Notes: generated by a model not told the origin, from the sequence alone. DNA of 64,000 nucleotides from Christensenellaceae bacterium Phil7 (GCA_001940845.1 MSGV01000017.1:9864-73863), one strand, 5' to 3'; shown: positions 27,622 to 38,336, counted from the first letter of the stretch. Numbers and translations: made by a program.

Positions 27622-27728
27622 GTTTTGTTTCCTTTCAGGGGATGCTTTCCCCGATTGATGCTCCGTTTATGATATCGATGGAGAGACGCCTGATATCGGA
27701 TTCATGCTGCCCCAATCCATCGTTTTCA

Positions 27729-28586
27729 TCATTTCCTGATGAAGAGGATGCCCAGAGTATGCGGTCCGCAATGGCTCGCAACGGTACAGCCTGCGGTCGT
27801 GCGGCGGATCTCAACGAAATCAGCATACTGCTTGACGAGCTGCTCGATCTCCTCCACGATCTCCTCTTCAGTGGTAGTATATGTGATAAAGATGCGCTTG
27901 AATCGAATATCTTCCCTTCCTTCAAGCCTATCCTTCACATATGTGCGCAGGCAGCGTGCCCATGATCCGCGATACTTCTTGACTACCTTCATGTTGCCGT
28001 CAATGACCTCAATGCTTGGATGAAGCTGTAAGAGATTGGCTCCGAGTGCGGCAACCGCCGAGCAGCGTCCGCCCCTGACCATGTAATCAAGCCCATCGAG
28101 CACAAAGCTGGTTTCAACCCTTGGAACGATCTGCTCATCGAGGATCTGCTTTATATCCTTTGCGCACCTGCCCTCATCCGCCATATCCGCGGCTTCAAGG
28201 ACGATATGCCCCACGCCCGTCGATAGGTTCCTGGAATCCACGACATAGACTCCTGGCACGGCTGCCGCCGCAAGGCAGGCATTGCTGTAGCCGGATGAAA
28301 ATTCGGAGCTGATGGTGATAAATACGAGCTCCGAGCCATCCTCCGTCAGTTCTCTGAAAACCTTTTCAAGCCTTGCAACCTCCGGTGCGGCGGTCTTTGG
28401 CAGGGTTTTGAGATTGGTGCAGCGGTCGAGCATCTGCATCATGGTGATGTCGACCCCGTCCGCATACTCATCCCCTCCGATACGAACGAACAGAGGGATA
28501 ACTGTGATGTTGCGTTCAGCATACAGATTCGTGCCGTAAACTTCGTTCAGCAGATCTGCGGTGCTGTCGCAGGCGATTTTAACCAT
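27729..28586 (-). CDS. DegV-family fatty-acid-binding protein
   Basis: KIACDSTADL, ISSEFSSGY, VVDSRNLS, SHCGP; start re-assigned to ATG 28586. Confidence 0.92.
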   Translation of the reverse strand: MVKIACDSTADLLNEVYGTNLYAERNITVIPLFVRIGGDEYADGVDITMMQMLDRCTNLKTLPKTAAPEVARLEKVFRELTEDGSELVFITISSEFSSGYSNACLAAAAVPGVYVVDSRNLSTGVGHIVLEAADMADEGRCAKDIKQILDEQIVPRVETSFVLDGLDYMVRGGRCSAVAALGANLLQLHPSIEVIDGNMKVVKKYRGSWARCLRTYVKDRLEGREDIRFKRIFITYTTTEEEIVEEIEQLVKQYADFVEIRRTTAGCTVASHCGPHTLGILFIRK

Positions 28587-28821
28587 ATTGTATGACTCCT
28601 GAATAAATAAAATAAAAAAAGGAATAATATGGTTATATTCTAACACAGCATTAAAAAAAAGTAAAGTATTGCACACTTGAATTGTTAGTTTCTCCCGAAT
28701 ATACATTCCAATCCCCATTTTGAGCGAAAATATGCTTGAAAGCATAGCTTTGAAGTTGTATAATTAATGGAATGAATATGTGTGATGAATATAACATTCC
28801 TCGCAAAATGGAGGCGATGCT

Positions 28822-29481
28822 GTGATAAGCGAATATAGCTCCGATCTTCGGCCCATAGCTGCGGCTGCGGATGAATTTGATGATATTGCCAAGCTGCATG
28901 AGCTGCAATATCTGCATAGTGCGGCCATGAGCACGCTAAGACTCAAATTTGAGGTTTTGAACGGCGAATTTCAGCTTCAGCATGCGAAAAATCCGATCCA
29001 CCATATCGAGAGCAGGCTGAAATCCCCTGCCAGTATGGCATCGAAGCTCAAAAAATACGGTCATGCCGTGACGGTCAGCGATGCGAAGGAATATCTCAAT
29101 GATATTGCCGGCGTGCGCGTGGTCTGCCGCTTTCTTGAAGATGTCTATGATGTTGAAAAGGCATTCATGCGGCAGGAGGATGTGAAGCTCATAGAGCGTG
29201 AGGACTATATTGCACATCCGAATTTTAATGGCTATCGCAGCCTGCATTTGGATGTTGAGATACCGGTATACCTTTCTTCGACGATAGAATATGCCCGCGC
29301 CGAGATACAGATACGAACCGTTGCCATGGATTTTTGGGCGAGTCTTGAGCATGATCTGAGATATAAGGGCACAAAAAATATCCCCGCCCATATAAGCAGG
29401 GAGATGTATGACTGCGCCGCCGAAATCGCAAGGATCGATAAGAAGATGCAGCAGATGTATTATGAGATTCAATCCCTCTGA
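28822..29481 (+). CDS. Small alarmone synthetase (RelA/SpoT synthetase domain)
   Basis: IESRLKSP.S..KL, DIAGVR, GYRSLH, EIQIRT.AMDFWASLEH.LRYK. Confidence 0.92.
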   Translation: MISEYSSDLRPIAAAADEFDDIAKLHELQYLHSAAMSTLRLKFEVLNGEFQLQHAKNPIHHIESRLKSPASMASKLKKYGHAVTVSDAKEYLNDIAGVRVVCRFLEDVYDVEKAFMRQEDVKLIEREDYIAHPNFNGYRSLHLDVEIPVYLSSTIEYARAEIQIRTVAMDFWASLEHDLRYKGTKNIPAHISREMYDCAAEIARIDKKMQQMYYEIQSL

Positions 29482-29535
29482 TCCATTATCCTGCGATATC
29501 GCATTCCACGCTTTTCTATCATTCGGAAATGGCGA

Positions 29536-30177
29536 TCATTCCCTCATGGTTTCGAGTATATTCGAAACCTTTTTCTTTATCCTCTGGATGGTATTATCGA
29601 CCGATTTATTCGTTTTGCCCAGAGCCTTCGCGATTTCATTATAGCTATCGCCCTTGATAAAGCGCACTAGCACCCTGCGCTCAAGCTCCGTCAGCTCCTT
29701 GCCTATCCGCATCAGCAGCTCCATATACTCCTCTCGCTCCAGGAAGATATCCTCCGGATTGACGTTTCCGGGCTGCATGATTGTATCCGCCAACATACCG
29801 CATTCATCATTGCCGTCGTCTGAGCTTTTATCCAGCGAGATATAGTTATTGAGCGGCAGATGCTTCTTGCGCGTCGCACTTTTTATGGCCGTGAAGAGCT
29901 GGCGGACGATACAGGTTTCGGCGAATGAGCGAAATGCAACCCCATGCTCCGGGGAATACTCTCGAATCGCTGCAACAAGACCGATCGCGCCCTCCTGCAC
30001 CAGATCCGCGCTATCCGCACCGATGAGGAAATAGGGCCTGGTCTTTCGCCGGACAAGGCCCATAAATCTCATTACCATAACATGCTCCGCATCCCTATCG
30101 CCGCCCTGTGCGAGCAATGCGAGCTGCTCATCGGTATATTCCGTGTAAGTTATGTTTTCGCCAATATTTTCAGCCAA
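29536..30177 (-). CDS. sigH: RNA polymerase sigma-H factor
   Basis: YFLIGAD..DLVQEG.IGL, TAIKSATR.KH.PLN.YISL, KSVDN.IQRIKKK; rlmB-sigH synteny. Confidence 0.93.
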   Translation of the reverse strand: MAENIGENITYTEYTDEQLALLAQGGDRDAEHVMVMRFMGLVRRKTRPYFLIGADSADLVQEGAIGLVAAIREYSPEHGVAFRSFAETCIVRQLFTAIKSATRKKHLPLNNYISLDKSSDDGNDECGMLADTIMQPGNVNPEDIFLEREEYMELLMRIGKELTELERRVLVRFIKGDSYNEIAKALGKTNKSVDNTIQRIKKKVSNILETMRE

Positions 30178-30179
30178 GA

Positions 30180-31547
30180 TCAGCCGTTAAGCTCCTGTCT
30201 GTTCTTTTCAAACATTATTATAGCCCCCGCAACAGCGGCATTCAGCGAATCAATATGCCCCTTGAGAGGTATGGAGACGAGGAAATCGCACTGTTCCTTG
30301 ACGAGCTTTGATAATCCATTGCCCTCACCGCCGATGACGAGCGCAAATCCGCCCTTCATATCGACCTCATATGCCGGCTTTCCTTCCATATCGGCACCGG
30401 CGATCCAGATATTCTTCTCCTTCAGCAGGCTGATCGTATTCGAAAGATTCGCAACCCTTGCAATTCTCATATGCTCTGCCGCACCCGCCGAGGTCTTGAC
30501 CACCGCTGCGGTCACGGAAGCCGACCTGCGCTTCGTTATCACAATGCCATGTGCGCCTGCACACTCCGCGCTCCTGATGATCGAGCCAAGATTATGCGGA
30601 TCTTCTATGCCATCCAACAGGATCACGAAGGGCTTCTCGCCGCGCAGCTCTGCATATTCGAGGATATCTTCGAGCTCCGCATATTCCACTCCGGGAATCT
30701 CAGCAACTATGCCCTGATGATTTCCGCTCTTCCCATTATGGCCAAACGGCATACAAAGCTCATCCAGCTTCGCACGATCGACCTCACGGATGACCAGATT
30801 GGCATCCCGTGCAAGGGTGATTATCTCACCAAGCGAGCCATCATGCTCCTTTATCACAAGGATACGATCTATGCTCCTGCCGCTCTTTATCGCTTCCTTA
30901 ACTGGGTTTCTGCCCATAATTATATTGGGCAGCTCGATGCCGGCACTCTCCTCCGATACGGCTGCAAGCTCCGCCTGCGCTCTGCTCATGCTGTCCTCAC
31001 GCTCGGAACGGAACTGCGAATCCTTGCGCCTGTCTCCGTAGGGCTTACGCTCGTAGTTGCGGTCCCCGTCGCTGCGCCTGTCTCCGTAGGGCTTGCGCTC
31101 ATAGCTGCGCTCACCATCCTGGCGCCTGTCTCCATAGGGCTTGCGCTCATAGCTGCGCTCTCCATCCTTGCGCCTGTCTCCATAGGGCTTACGCTCGTAG
31201 CTGCGCTCTCCATCGCTGCGCCTATCTCCATAGGGCTTACGCTCGTAGCTGCGCTCTCCATCCTGACGCCTGTCTCCATAGGGCTTGCGCTCGTAGCTGC
31301 GCTCTCCGTCCTTGCGCCTGTCTCCATAGGGCTTGCGCTCATAGCTGCGCTCTCCATCGCTGCGCCTGTCTCCATAGGGCTTGCGCTCGTAGCTGCGCTC
31401 TCCATCCTGACGCCTGTCTCCATAGGGCTTACGCTCATAGCTGCGCTCCCCGTCACTGCGCCTATCGCCGTAGGATCTCCTTGCACCTCGTTTATCGCTA
31501 TTCGGTCTGCGTCCGCCGTAGCCGTTCCAATCGCTTGCCATAATCAT
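30180..31547 (-). CDS. rlmB: 23S rRNA G2251 2'-O-methyltransferase with a long N-terminal repeat extension
   Basis: GRNPV.EA, HQGIVA, DPHNLGSIIR, SLNAAVAG (SPOUT fold). Confidence 0.94.
   Translation of the reverse strand: MIMASDWNGYGGRRPNSDKRGARRSYGDRRSDGERSYERKPYGDRRQDGERSYERKPYGDRRSDGERSYERKPYGDRRKDGERSYERKPYGDRRQDGERSYERKPYGDRRSDGERSYERKPYGDRRKDGERSYERKPYGDRRQDGERSYERKPYGDRRSDGDRNYERKPYGDRRKDSQFRSEREDSMSRAQAELAAVSEESAGIELPNIIMGRNPVKEAIKSGRSIDRILVIKEHDGSLGEIITLARDANLVIREVDRAKLDELCMPFGHNGKSGNHQGIVAEIPGVEYAELEDILEYAELRGEKPFVILLDGIEDPHNLGSIIRSAECAGAHGIVITKRRSASVTAAVVKTSAGAAEHMRIARVANLSNTISLLKEKNIWIAGADMEGKPAYEVDMKGGFALVIGGEGNGLSKLVKEQCDFLVSIPLKGHIDSLNAAVAGAIIMFEKNRQELNG
31032..31463 (-). repeat. 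48-bp coding tandem repeat x9 (RRxDGERSYERKPYGD)
   Basis: Counted directly in the translation. Confidence 0.93.
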
Positions 31548-31561
31548 TCCTCACAATTTTA

Positions 31562-32068
31562 TTACTTATTTTCTGTTGCAGCATCCAAGTTATTCTCAAC
31601 ATTCGATCCAAAAAGCATTACGCGTACAAGCTCGCCGATACGCTCATCCCTTCCAAGGAGATACAGGTATCCTATGAGTGCTTCAACCCCCGTTGCGTGA
31701 CGATAATCGAGGATCTGGGCATTCTTCGGTACGGTTCCCATGTGCGCATTGCGGCCTCGTTTAAACACCGTCAGCTCCTCTTCGGACAGCATGGGTTCGA
31801 TCCGCTTGAATGCCGCCGCCTGAGCCTTGGCGCAAACAAGCTTTGCTGCGCGCATATGCAAGCCATGCACCGGCAGAGTTGTCGTACCAACAAGCATGAT
31901 CCGCACATACATTTCATAGACGGTATCGCCAACATAGGCAAGCACGAGTGGACTCATCTGCTTGGGATTTTGCCCCCTCCTGCCCATCAGCACAACATCG
32001 CTCACCATATCGTATATGCTTTGCCCGGAAACCCTATCTGTATTGTTTTCTTTATTTGCATACTCCAT
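31562..32068 (-). CDS. mrnC: Mini-ribonuclease III
   Basis: PLVLAYVGDTVYE, KRGRNA, YRHATG.EALIGYLY; upstream of rlmB. Confidence 0.92.
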   Translation of the reverse strand: MEYANKENNTDRVSGQSIYDMVSDVVLMGRRGQNPKQMSPLVLAYVGDTVYEMYVRIMLVGTTTLPVHGLHMRAAKLVCAKAQAAAFKRIEPMLSEEELTVFKRGRNAHMGTVPKNAQILDYRHATGVEALIGYLYLLGRDERIGELVRVMLFGSNVENNLDAATENK

Positions 32069-32183
32069 CAGTTTCTATTATACACCAAATTCATTATTTT
32101 TCAATAGCCCGAATAAAAAAGCATTGGGAGCAGCTTTCGCCCTCAATGCCGATATCCTTATATGCGCCAATGGGTGCCCGGGA

Positions 32184-32669
32184 TCAATTCTGTTCCTTAT
32201 CGAGCATGGATTCTATCCTATCCGCATCAAGCTTTTCAATGAGCTCTTCAAATGAGCATACGATCCTTTCTACCGCCGGATGGAAATAAAATGTGCAGCT
32301 CTGCTTGGGATCGCGGAATGCCTCTCCCGTCTCGCTCCAGATCAGGATTCGCTTATTGCTCCTTGAAGCTATGGCCACTCCGATTTCGGTATGCGTGCCA
32401 AAGCCCCCTGGAAGCAGCGCCACGACAAGCTCCGCATCGCGAACCGCGCGCACCTCGCTGAAAGCGACCTCTGCCATTTTATCCTTGCCCATGGAGCGGA
32501 CATCGCCGTGGGCTGTCCAATCATAGGTCAGCTCATGCCCATTGCGGGAAAGTACGGCAGATAATTCCTTTGCCCGCTCAACATTTTCAAGACCTGTTGC
32601 AATATAAAATCTCATATTTGTTACGTTTCCTTCAAAAATTCGAGCCGGCATGCGAATTATGCTGCTCAC
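32184..32669 (-). CDS. Nucleoside 2-deoxyribosyltransferase-like protein
   Basis: FYIA...TYDWT.H...E..AV..A..V..LLPGG.GTHTE.G.A. Confidence 0.65.
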   Translation of the reverse strand: MSSIIRMPARIFEGNVTNMRFYIATGLENVERAKELSAVLSRNGHELTYDWTAHGDVRSMGKDKMAEVAFSEVRAVRDAELVVALLPGGFGTHTEIGVAIASRSNKRILIWSETGEAFRDPKQSCTFYFHPAVERIVCSFEELIEKLDADRIESMLDKEQN

Positions 32670-32682
32670 TCGTTGTCCTTTT

Positions 32683-33261
32683 TTATCCTCTTATCTTACC
32701 CTCTGCCCAGTGCTTGCGGCAAAGTCCGATATATTTATCATCAGAACCCAGCACGACCTGCTCGCCGACCTTGGTGATCCCCCCATGTCCATCCAGCCTG
32801 GCGTTCATGATCGCCTTCTTTCCGCACCAACAGATGGTTTTAATCTCCTCAATGGTATCCGCTAAAGCCATCAGCCAATGGCTTCCTTCAAAGAAATTGC
32901 CTTGGAAATCTGTTCTCAATCCGTAGCATATCACAGGAACCCCATGATTGTCAACTAAATCCACCAATTTGAGCACCTGTTCGCGGGTCAGAAATTGCGC
33001 CTCATCCACGATAACGCAATCATATGAATTCGCATGGAGCTCGTCCCAATCGATATCATCAAACAGCACGCATTCCTCCATCAGCCCGCAGCGGGATCTG
33101 ACGGTATGAATCCCATCCCTTGTATCTGTGGAGGGCTTAGTCAATAATGCCCTCTGTCCACGCTCACCATAATTATATTTGACCATGATCGCCTGCGCCG
33201 TTTTGGATGAGCTCATCGCGCCATATCGAAAATAAAGCTTTGCCATCTTCTCTCCGTCCAA
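32683..33261 (-). CDS. tdk: Thymidine kinase
   Basis: LYFRYGAMSSSKT, VDEAQFL, YGLRTDF, KTICWCG, LCRKHW. Confidence 0.95.
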   Translation of the reverse strand: MDGEKMAKLYFRYGAMSSSKTAQAIMVKYNYGERGQRALLTKPSTDTRDGIHTVRSRCGLMEECVLFDDIDWDELHANSYDCVIVDEAQFLTREQVLKLVDLVDNHGVPVICYGLRTDFQGNFFEGSHWLMALADTIEEIKTICWCGKKAIMNARLDGHGGITKVGEQVVLGSDDKYIGLCRKHWAEGKIRG

Positions 33262-33336
33262 TCAAGATTTTATCATGATTCAGGAGGAATATGATCATTC
33301 CTCCAAGCATTTCATCATATATTCACCGTGTCCGGC

Positions 33337-34311
33337 TCATCTGCTCCCCTTATCATAGGGTATCCCCTCCGCCTTGGGTGCTTTGGATTTGGATGATGTA
33401 AATGCAAGCACCACCATTGTTGCAATATATGGCAGAATATTATAGAAAACCTTGGGAATGTTCAGATCGTTCAGGAACGGAATGAGCATGACGGAATTTG
33501 CGACCTGCCTCAGGAAGGCAAAGAACAATGCCGCGAGGAATATGCGTACCGGCTTCCACTGACCAAAGATCATTACCGCCAGAGCGAGGAAGCCGAAGCC
33601 CGCAACGCCGGTATGGCCATTGCAGTTTCCGTTCATAACGCCGACCGCATAGGCAAAGCCGCCCAACCCACCGAGCATGCCGGAAATCATCACCCCCGCA
33701 TATCTCATTCTATAGACATTTATCCCGACCGAATCCGCCGCCTGCGGATGTTCTCCGCACGCACGAAGCCTGAGCCCAAACCTTGTCCTATACAGCAGGA
33801 TATGGGCAGCGATAAGCACCAGCACGCCGATATAGACCGTAAGATAAGTCTGCTTGAAGAAGAGATCACCCACAACGGGGATCTGGCCGAGCAGCGGAAT
33901 GCTCTTTATATAGAAATTTGTCGTGGTCGTGATGCCATCGCTCATGAAAAACATCTTGCTGATCAGCAGCACCAGTGCAGGCACAAGCATATTCATCGCC
34001 GTACCGACTATCGTCTGATCCGCCTTCATGTTTATGGCAGCAAACGCCAGTGCCAGCGAATATATTGCGCCTGCTATAGCTGCGGCGGCAAGGGCAATCA
34101 GCAGTATGAGCTGCGCATTCATGCCGGTCGGATCGAGATAGTAGGTAACAAGGCATCCAAAGAATGCACCAAAGAGCATGATGCCTTCGAGCGCAAGGTT
34201 GATAACGCCGCTGCGCTCCGCAAACATGCCGCCAAGCGCAGCCAGCAGCAGGGGTATTGCAACCGGCAGAGTATTTTGAACGAGAAAATAGACAACCTCC
34301 ATATGGTTCAC
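33337..34311 (-). CDS. Nucleoside ABC transporter permease
   Basis: ERSGVINLALEG, RFGLRLRACGEHP.AA. Confidence 0.9.
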   Translation of the reverse strand: MNHMEVVYFLVQNTLPVAIPLLLAALGGMFAERSGVINLALEGIMLFGAFFGCLVTYYLDPTGMNAQLILLIALAAAAIAGAIYSLALAFAAINMKADQTIVGTAMNMLVPALVLLISKMFFMSDGITTTTNFYIKSIPLLGQIPVVGDLFFKQTYLTVYIGVLVLIAAHILLYRTRFGLRLRACGEHPQAADSVGINVYRMRYAGVMISGMLGGLGGFAYAVGVMNGNCNGHTGVAGFGFLALAVMIFGQWKPVRIFLAALFFAFLRQVANSVMLIPFLNDLNIPKVFYNILPYIATMVVLAFTSSKSKAPKAEGIPYDKGSR

Positions 34312-35456
34312 TCCTCCTTATCAATATCAAGCTCTATCATCGGCGCATCAATTTCATCGGCGGTGATATTGCCTTCCGGCTTCGCATTCCCGGCACGCTT
34401 TCTGCGCCTTTTTCCAAGGACGAGCTCCCGAACAAACATTGCAAATGCGGAGAAATAGATGATGAATGCTATCATAACATCTATGATCTCCGGCTTATAC
34501 GCAACGGCCGCCGTGCCGCCCCTCTGTATGAACGAAACGAATATCGCCGAGAATACTATGCCTATCGGATGCGAGCATCCCAAGAGAGCCACTGCAATGC
34601 CATTGAAGCCCTCCTCCGCAATGACGTTTATGGGCTCATATGTCATGCTTGCCCCCTGGATCGAGGATGGAGAAAGGATATAGAGCGCACCGCCCAATCC
34701 GGCAAGCGCACCTGCAATTATCATGGTGAGGATGATGTTGCGCCTGCTGTTCATTCCCGCATATTTTGCAGCGAACTTATTGAAACCCGTTGCGCGCAGC
34801 TCATATCCGAAGGTGGTCTTGAAAAGCACTATAAACAGGAGCACAGCGAGCACAATTGCTATGATCGTTCCGATATTCAGGCTGCTGCCTCCTCCGCCTA
34901 TCGAGGGAAGCTGAACGTTTTCCGGGATATAATTCGTCCTAGCCTTGACAGCAACATACATGACCGCATTGTTCCGAACCAGCTCGTCCACTATGTACAT
35001 GCCTATATAGTTGAACATTATCGAGGTTATGACCTCGTTTATATTCAGCAGCGCTTTGAATATCCCCGGTATTGCGCCCCACAGCGCACCGCCTGCTATC
35101 GCCGCAAGGCAGCAGACAATCCAGTTTATCGGCCTGGGCATGGGAAGCATGAATGCAGCATACATTGCGCAGAACATGCCCATGGTGTATTGTCCCGATG
35201 CTCCGATATTGAAAAGCCCCATCCTATAGGCAAAGCCGACCGATAGACCGGTCATTATTATCGGCGTTGCATAAAACAGCACATCGGCCATTCTGGTAAA
35301 GCCTCTCGTCAGCACCGTTCCAAAGCCCGAAAGCGCATTTGCCGGAGCTGCGGCAAGCATTACTATGAATCCAAAGATCAATCCTATAGCAATGGCTGCC
35401 AGCGAGGGCAAAATGCCAAGCAGCAGTTTTTTTACTCCCCTATCGTTTGAATTCAT
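34308..35456 (-). CDS. Nucleoside ABC transporter permease
   Basis: GLFNIGASGQ, NEVITSIM, GYELRATG.N, GFNGIAVALL. Confidence 0.9.
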   Translation of the reverse strand: MNSNDRGVKKLLLGILPSLAAIAIGLIFGFIVMLAAAPANALSGFGTVLTRGFTRMADVLFYATPIIMTGLSVGFAYRMGLFNIGASGQYTMGMFCAMYAAFMLPMPRPINWIVCCLAAIAGGALWGAIPGIFKALLNINEVITSIMFNYIGMYIVDELVRNNAVMYVAVKARTNYIPENVQLPSIGGGGSSLNIGTIIAIVLAVLLFIVLFKTTFGYELRATGFNKFAAKYAGMNSRRNIILTMIIAGALAGLGGALYILSPSSIQGASMTYEPINVIAEEGFNGIAVALLGCSHPIGIVFSAIFVSFIQRGGTAAVAYKPEIIDVMIAFIIYFSAFAMFVRELVLGKRRRKRAGNAKPEGNITADEIDAPMIELDIDKEE

Positions 35457-37084
35457 GCCATTGCCTCCGTTTCCGCAGAATCATCGCGCTTGCTCCCCGC
35501 CATATAAAGGCCAACTTCACGCACATTCGTCCTTTCCGGGTCCAGCTCTCCAACGATCTCTCCGCCGTGCATGACCAATATTCGATCCGCGAGATTCATG
35601 ACCTCGTCAAGCTCGAATGAGATAAGCAGCACCGCAGCTCCCCCATCGCGCTCACGCACTATGCAATTATGGATATATTCTATTGCGCCTACATCAAGCC
35701 CCCTTGTCGGCTGAACTGCGACCAGCAGGCTATGCTCCCTATCCATCTCTCTTGCGACTATGGCCTTTTGCTGATTGCCGCCGGACATGCTTCTCACGAT
35801 GGAATCGGAGCCCTCACCGCTGCGCACATCGTATTTTTTAATCAGCTCATCGGAATATTCCCTGATCTTCGCCCTGCGGATGAAGCCTCCGCGCTCGAAT
35901 TCCGGCTGCCAGTATCGCTGCAATACCATATTATCTGCAAGGCTGAAATCCAGAACCAGCCCATGCTTGTGCCGATCCTCCGGTATATGGCTCATGCCTA
36001 ATTTGCTGCGCCTCCTTATGGATGCTCTCGTGATATCATTCCCGCAAAGACCGATGCTCCCCGCGCTCGCTCTTTCAAGCCCCGTCAAAGCGGATATGAG
36101 CTCGGTCTGCCCATTGCCGTCAATGCCCGCAATGCAGACGATTTCTCCCGAATGCACCTTAAACGAAACATCCTTTACCGATCGCTTCCCCTTATGGGTT
36201 TTTGATGGAACGCTGAGCTTCTGCACATCCAATATGACGCCGCCCGGATGCGCCTTGGATTTTTCTACCTTGAGCTGAACATCCCTGCCAACCATCATAC
36301 GGCTGAGCTCCTCCGGCGTGACAGCCTTCACATCGACCGTGCCCACGCATTTTCCCTTGCGCAGCACTGTGCATCGATCGGCCACCGCCATGATCTCATT
36401 CAGTTTATGGGATATGAAAAGAATCGATTTGCCTTCGGCAGCGAAGCTCCTGATTATCTCCATCAGCTCCGTAATCTCCTGCGGAGTCAATACGGCGGTC
36501 GGCTCATCGAATATCAGCACATCATTATCCCTATAGAGCATCTTGAGTATCTCCGTGCGCTGCTGCATACCGACGGAGATATCCTCTATCCTTGCATCCG
36601 GATCGATTTGCAGCCCATATTTTTCGCTGAGGCTCATAACCTTCGCCCTTGCCTCCTCGATCCTCAGAAAGCCCGCTTTGGCGGGTTCTACGCCAAGAAT
36701 GATGTTTTCTAGTACGGTGAAGCATTCCACCAGCTTGAAATGCTGATGAACCATGCCGATGCCGAGTGCCGTCGCATCGTTCGGATTGCTTATATTCACG
36801 GCTTGTCCATTCATTCTTATTTCGCCCTGCTCGGGGTTATAAAGCCCGAACAGCACGCTCATAAGGGTGCTCTTTCCCGCACCGTTTTCTCCGAGCAGCG
36901 CATGGATCTCGCCCTTCCTTATAGTCAGCGTGATATCATCATTGGCAACGATGCCCGGAAACTCCTTTGTGATATGCAGCATTTCTATTATGTTATTCTC
37001 CAAACCGCACCTTTCCTTTCTGCCAATATGGCGGTCGATCAGCGGGCAATTCAGCGTGCCCGGCATGGATTTATAAGACCGCAT
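35453..37084 (-). CDS. Nucleoside ABC transporter ATP-binding protein (true start probably ~37003)
   Basis: GENGAGKSTL, DEPTAVLTPQE, MSGGNQQK, QPTRGLDVGA. Confidence 0.92.
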   Translation of the reverse strand: MRSYKSMPGTLNCPLIDRHIGRKERCGLENNIIEMLHITKEFPGIVANDDITLTIRKGEIHALLGENGAGKSTLMSVLFGLYNPEQGEIRMNGQAVNISNPNDATALGIGMVHQHFKLVECFTVLENIILGVEPAKAGFLRIEEARAKVMSLSEKYGLQIDPDARIEDISVGMQQRTEILKMLYRDNDVLIFDEPTAVLTPQEITELMEIIRSFAAEGKSILFISHKLNEIMAVADRCTVLRKGKCVGTVDVKAVTPEELSRMMVGRDVQLKVEKSKAHPGGVILDVQKLSVPSKTHKGKRSVKDVSFKVHSGEIVCIAGIDGNGQTELISALTGLERASAGSIGLCGNDITRASIRRRSKLGMSHIPEDRHKHGLVLDFSLADNMVLQRYWQPEFERGGFIRRAKIREYSDELIKKYDVRSGEGSDSIVRSMSGGNQQKAIVAREMDREHSLLVAVQPTRGLDVGAIEYIHNCIVRERDGGAAVLLISFELDEVMNLADRILVMHGGEIVGELDPERTNVREVGLYMAGSKRDDSAETEAMA

Positions 37085-37199
37085 GGAATAGCTGATGACG
37101 CAGCTTCCTGTGTAATCAGCTATTCCGGCGACCGCGCAGCATGATATTCTTTGGGGAAGGGTCTCCCCTTCCCCAATTTGCCGTATACGGCTTCAGTAT

Positions 37200-38336
37200 T
37201 TACCGAATGCACTCGATCTTGGTGATGGTGAGCTTCAGGTTGGAGGTCAGCTCGGCCTCTGTTGCATGACCTTCCGCATTCTCGATGGAGAAGGTTCTTA
37301 TGGGAGCGATCTCACCGCTGACAAGCTGTGCGAAAACGGCATCATATGCGGCCTTATCAAAGGTATTGAATCTATCGAACGCATCGCCCTTTGCATCGCC
37401 GATGACGGAGGTGGGCAGTCCAACGCCCTCATTGGCAGCGTTGAAATAGGTCGTCTTGCCGCCATAGGTGCTCTCAAAATCCTTTGTCTCATAAATGCTC
37501 TTGAGCACAGCCTGTACGGAAGCTGCGAGACCCTTGGTTGCAGAGGTGACAACCGTATCGCTATCATATCTCTGATCGACGTCAACGCCGATGACCTTGC
37601 CGTTTGCTTCCGCTGCCGCAGCCATGACGGATTTGCCAACGGAACCGCCGCACGCGAAGATGATCTCAACGCCGGACTGATACATAGCCGCAGCGGTCGC
37701 CTTATTGCCGTCAGTCTCTGCGAAATCGCCGGTATAATGATACTTCACCTGGATATCGCCCTCTGCGAGCTTGAGCTCGGCTGCAGCGGCCTCGATGCCC
37801 TGAAGATAGCCGTAACCAAAGGCCTGAACTGCGGGCACGGCCATTCCGCCCATGAAACCAAGCTTGCGGTAGCCATCCATGACTGCGGCATAGCCTGCAA
37901 GATAGCCGGACTGCTCCTCTGCATACATGACGGATGCGGTATTTTTCGCAGTATTAAATTCGGTATAGTCTGGGTTATGGGGAGTGCCGTCCAGAATGAT
38001 GAATTTGACGTTCGGATACTTGGTCTGCGCAGTGAAAACCGCCGGTTCGAAGAGATATCCGGGGCATACGACTATCTTTGCGCCCGAATCAACTGCGAGC
38101 TCGATAGCTGCAAGATATGCATCATCGTTCGCATCCTCGGGCTTATAATATTTATTGGAAATTTTATGCGCATCCGCATAAGCCTTGACGCCCTCCCAAG
38201 CGCCCTGGTTGAAGCTCTTATCATCGATATTGCCCTTATCGGTGATAAGTGCGATATCAAAGGTGGTTCCGGTACATGCAAATGCAAACGGAACGAGCAT
38301 CAGTGCCGCAAGCAGTACGGCAAGCAATTTTTTCAT
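37200..38336 (-). CDS. BMP-family nucleoside-binding lipoprotein
   Basis: Lipobox AFAC, IDDKSFNQGAWEG, VIGVDVDQ; start ATG 38336. Confidence 0.92.
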   Translation of the reverse strand: MKKLLAVLLAALMLVPFAFACTGTTFDIALITDKGNIDDKSFNQGAWEGVKAYADAHKISNKYYKPEDANDDAYLAAIELAVDSGAKIVVCPGYLFEPAVFTAQTKYPNVKFIILDGTPHNPDYTEFNTAKNTASVMYAEEQSGYLAGYAAVMDGYRKLGFMGGMAVPAVQAFGYGYLQGIEAAAAELKLAEGDIQVKYHYTGDFAETDGNKATAAAMYQSGVEIIFACGGSVGKSVMAAAAEANGKVIGVDVDQRYDSDTVVTSATKGLAASVQAVLKSIYETKDFESTYGGKTTYFNAANEGVGLPTSVIGDAKGDAFDRFNTFDKAAYDAVFAQLVSGEIAPIRTFSIENAEGHATEAELTSNLKLTITKIECIR

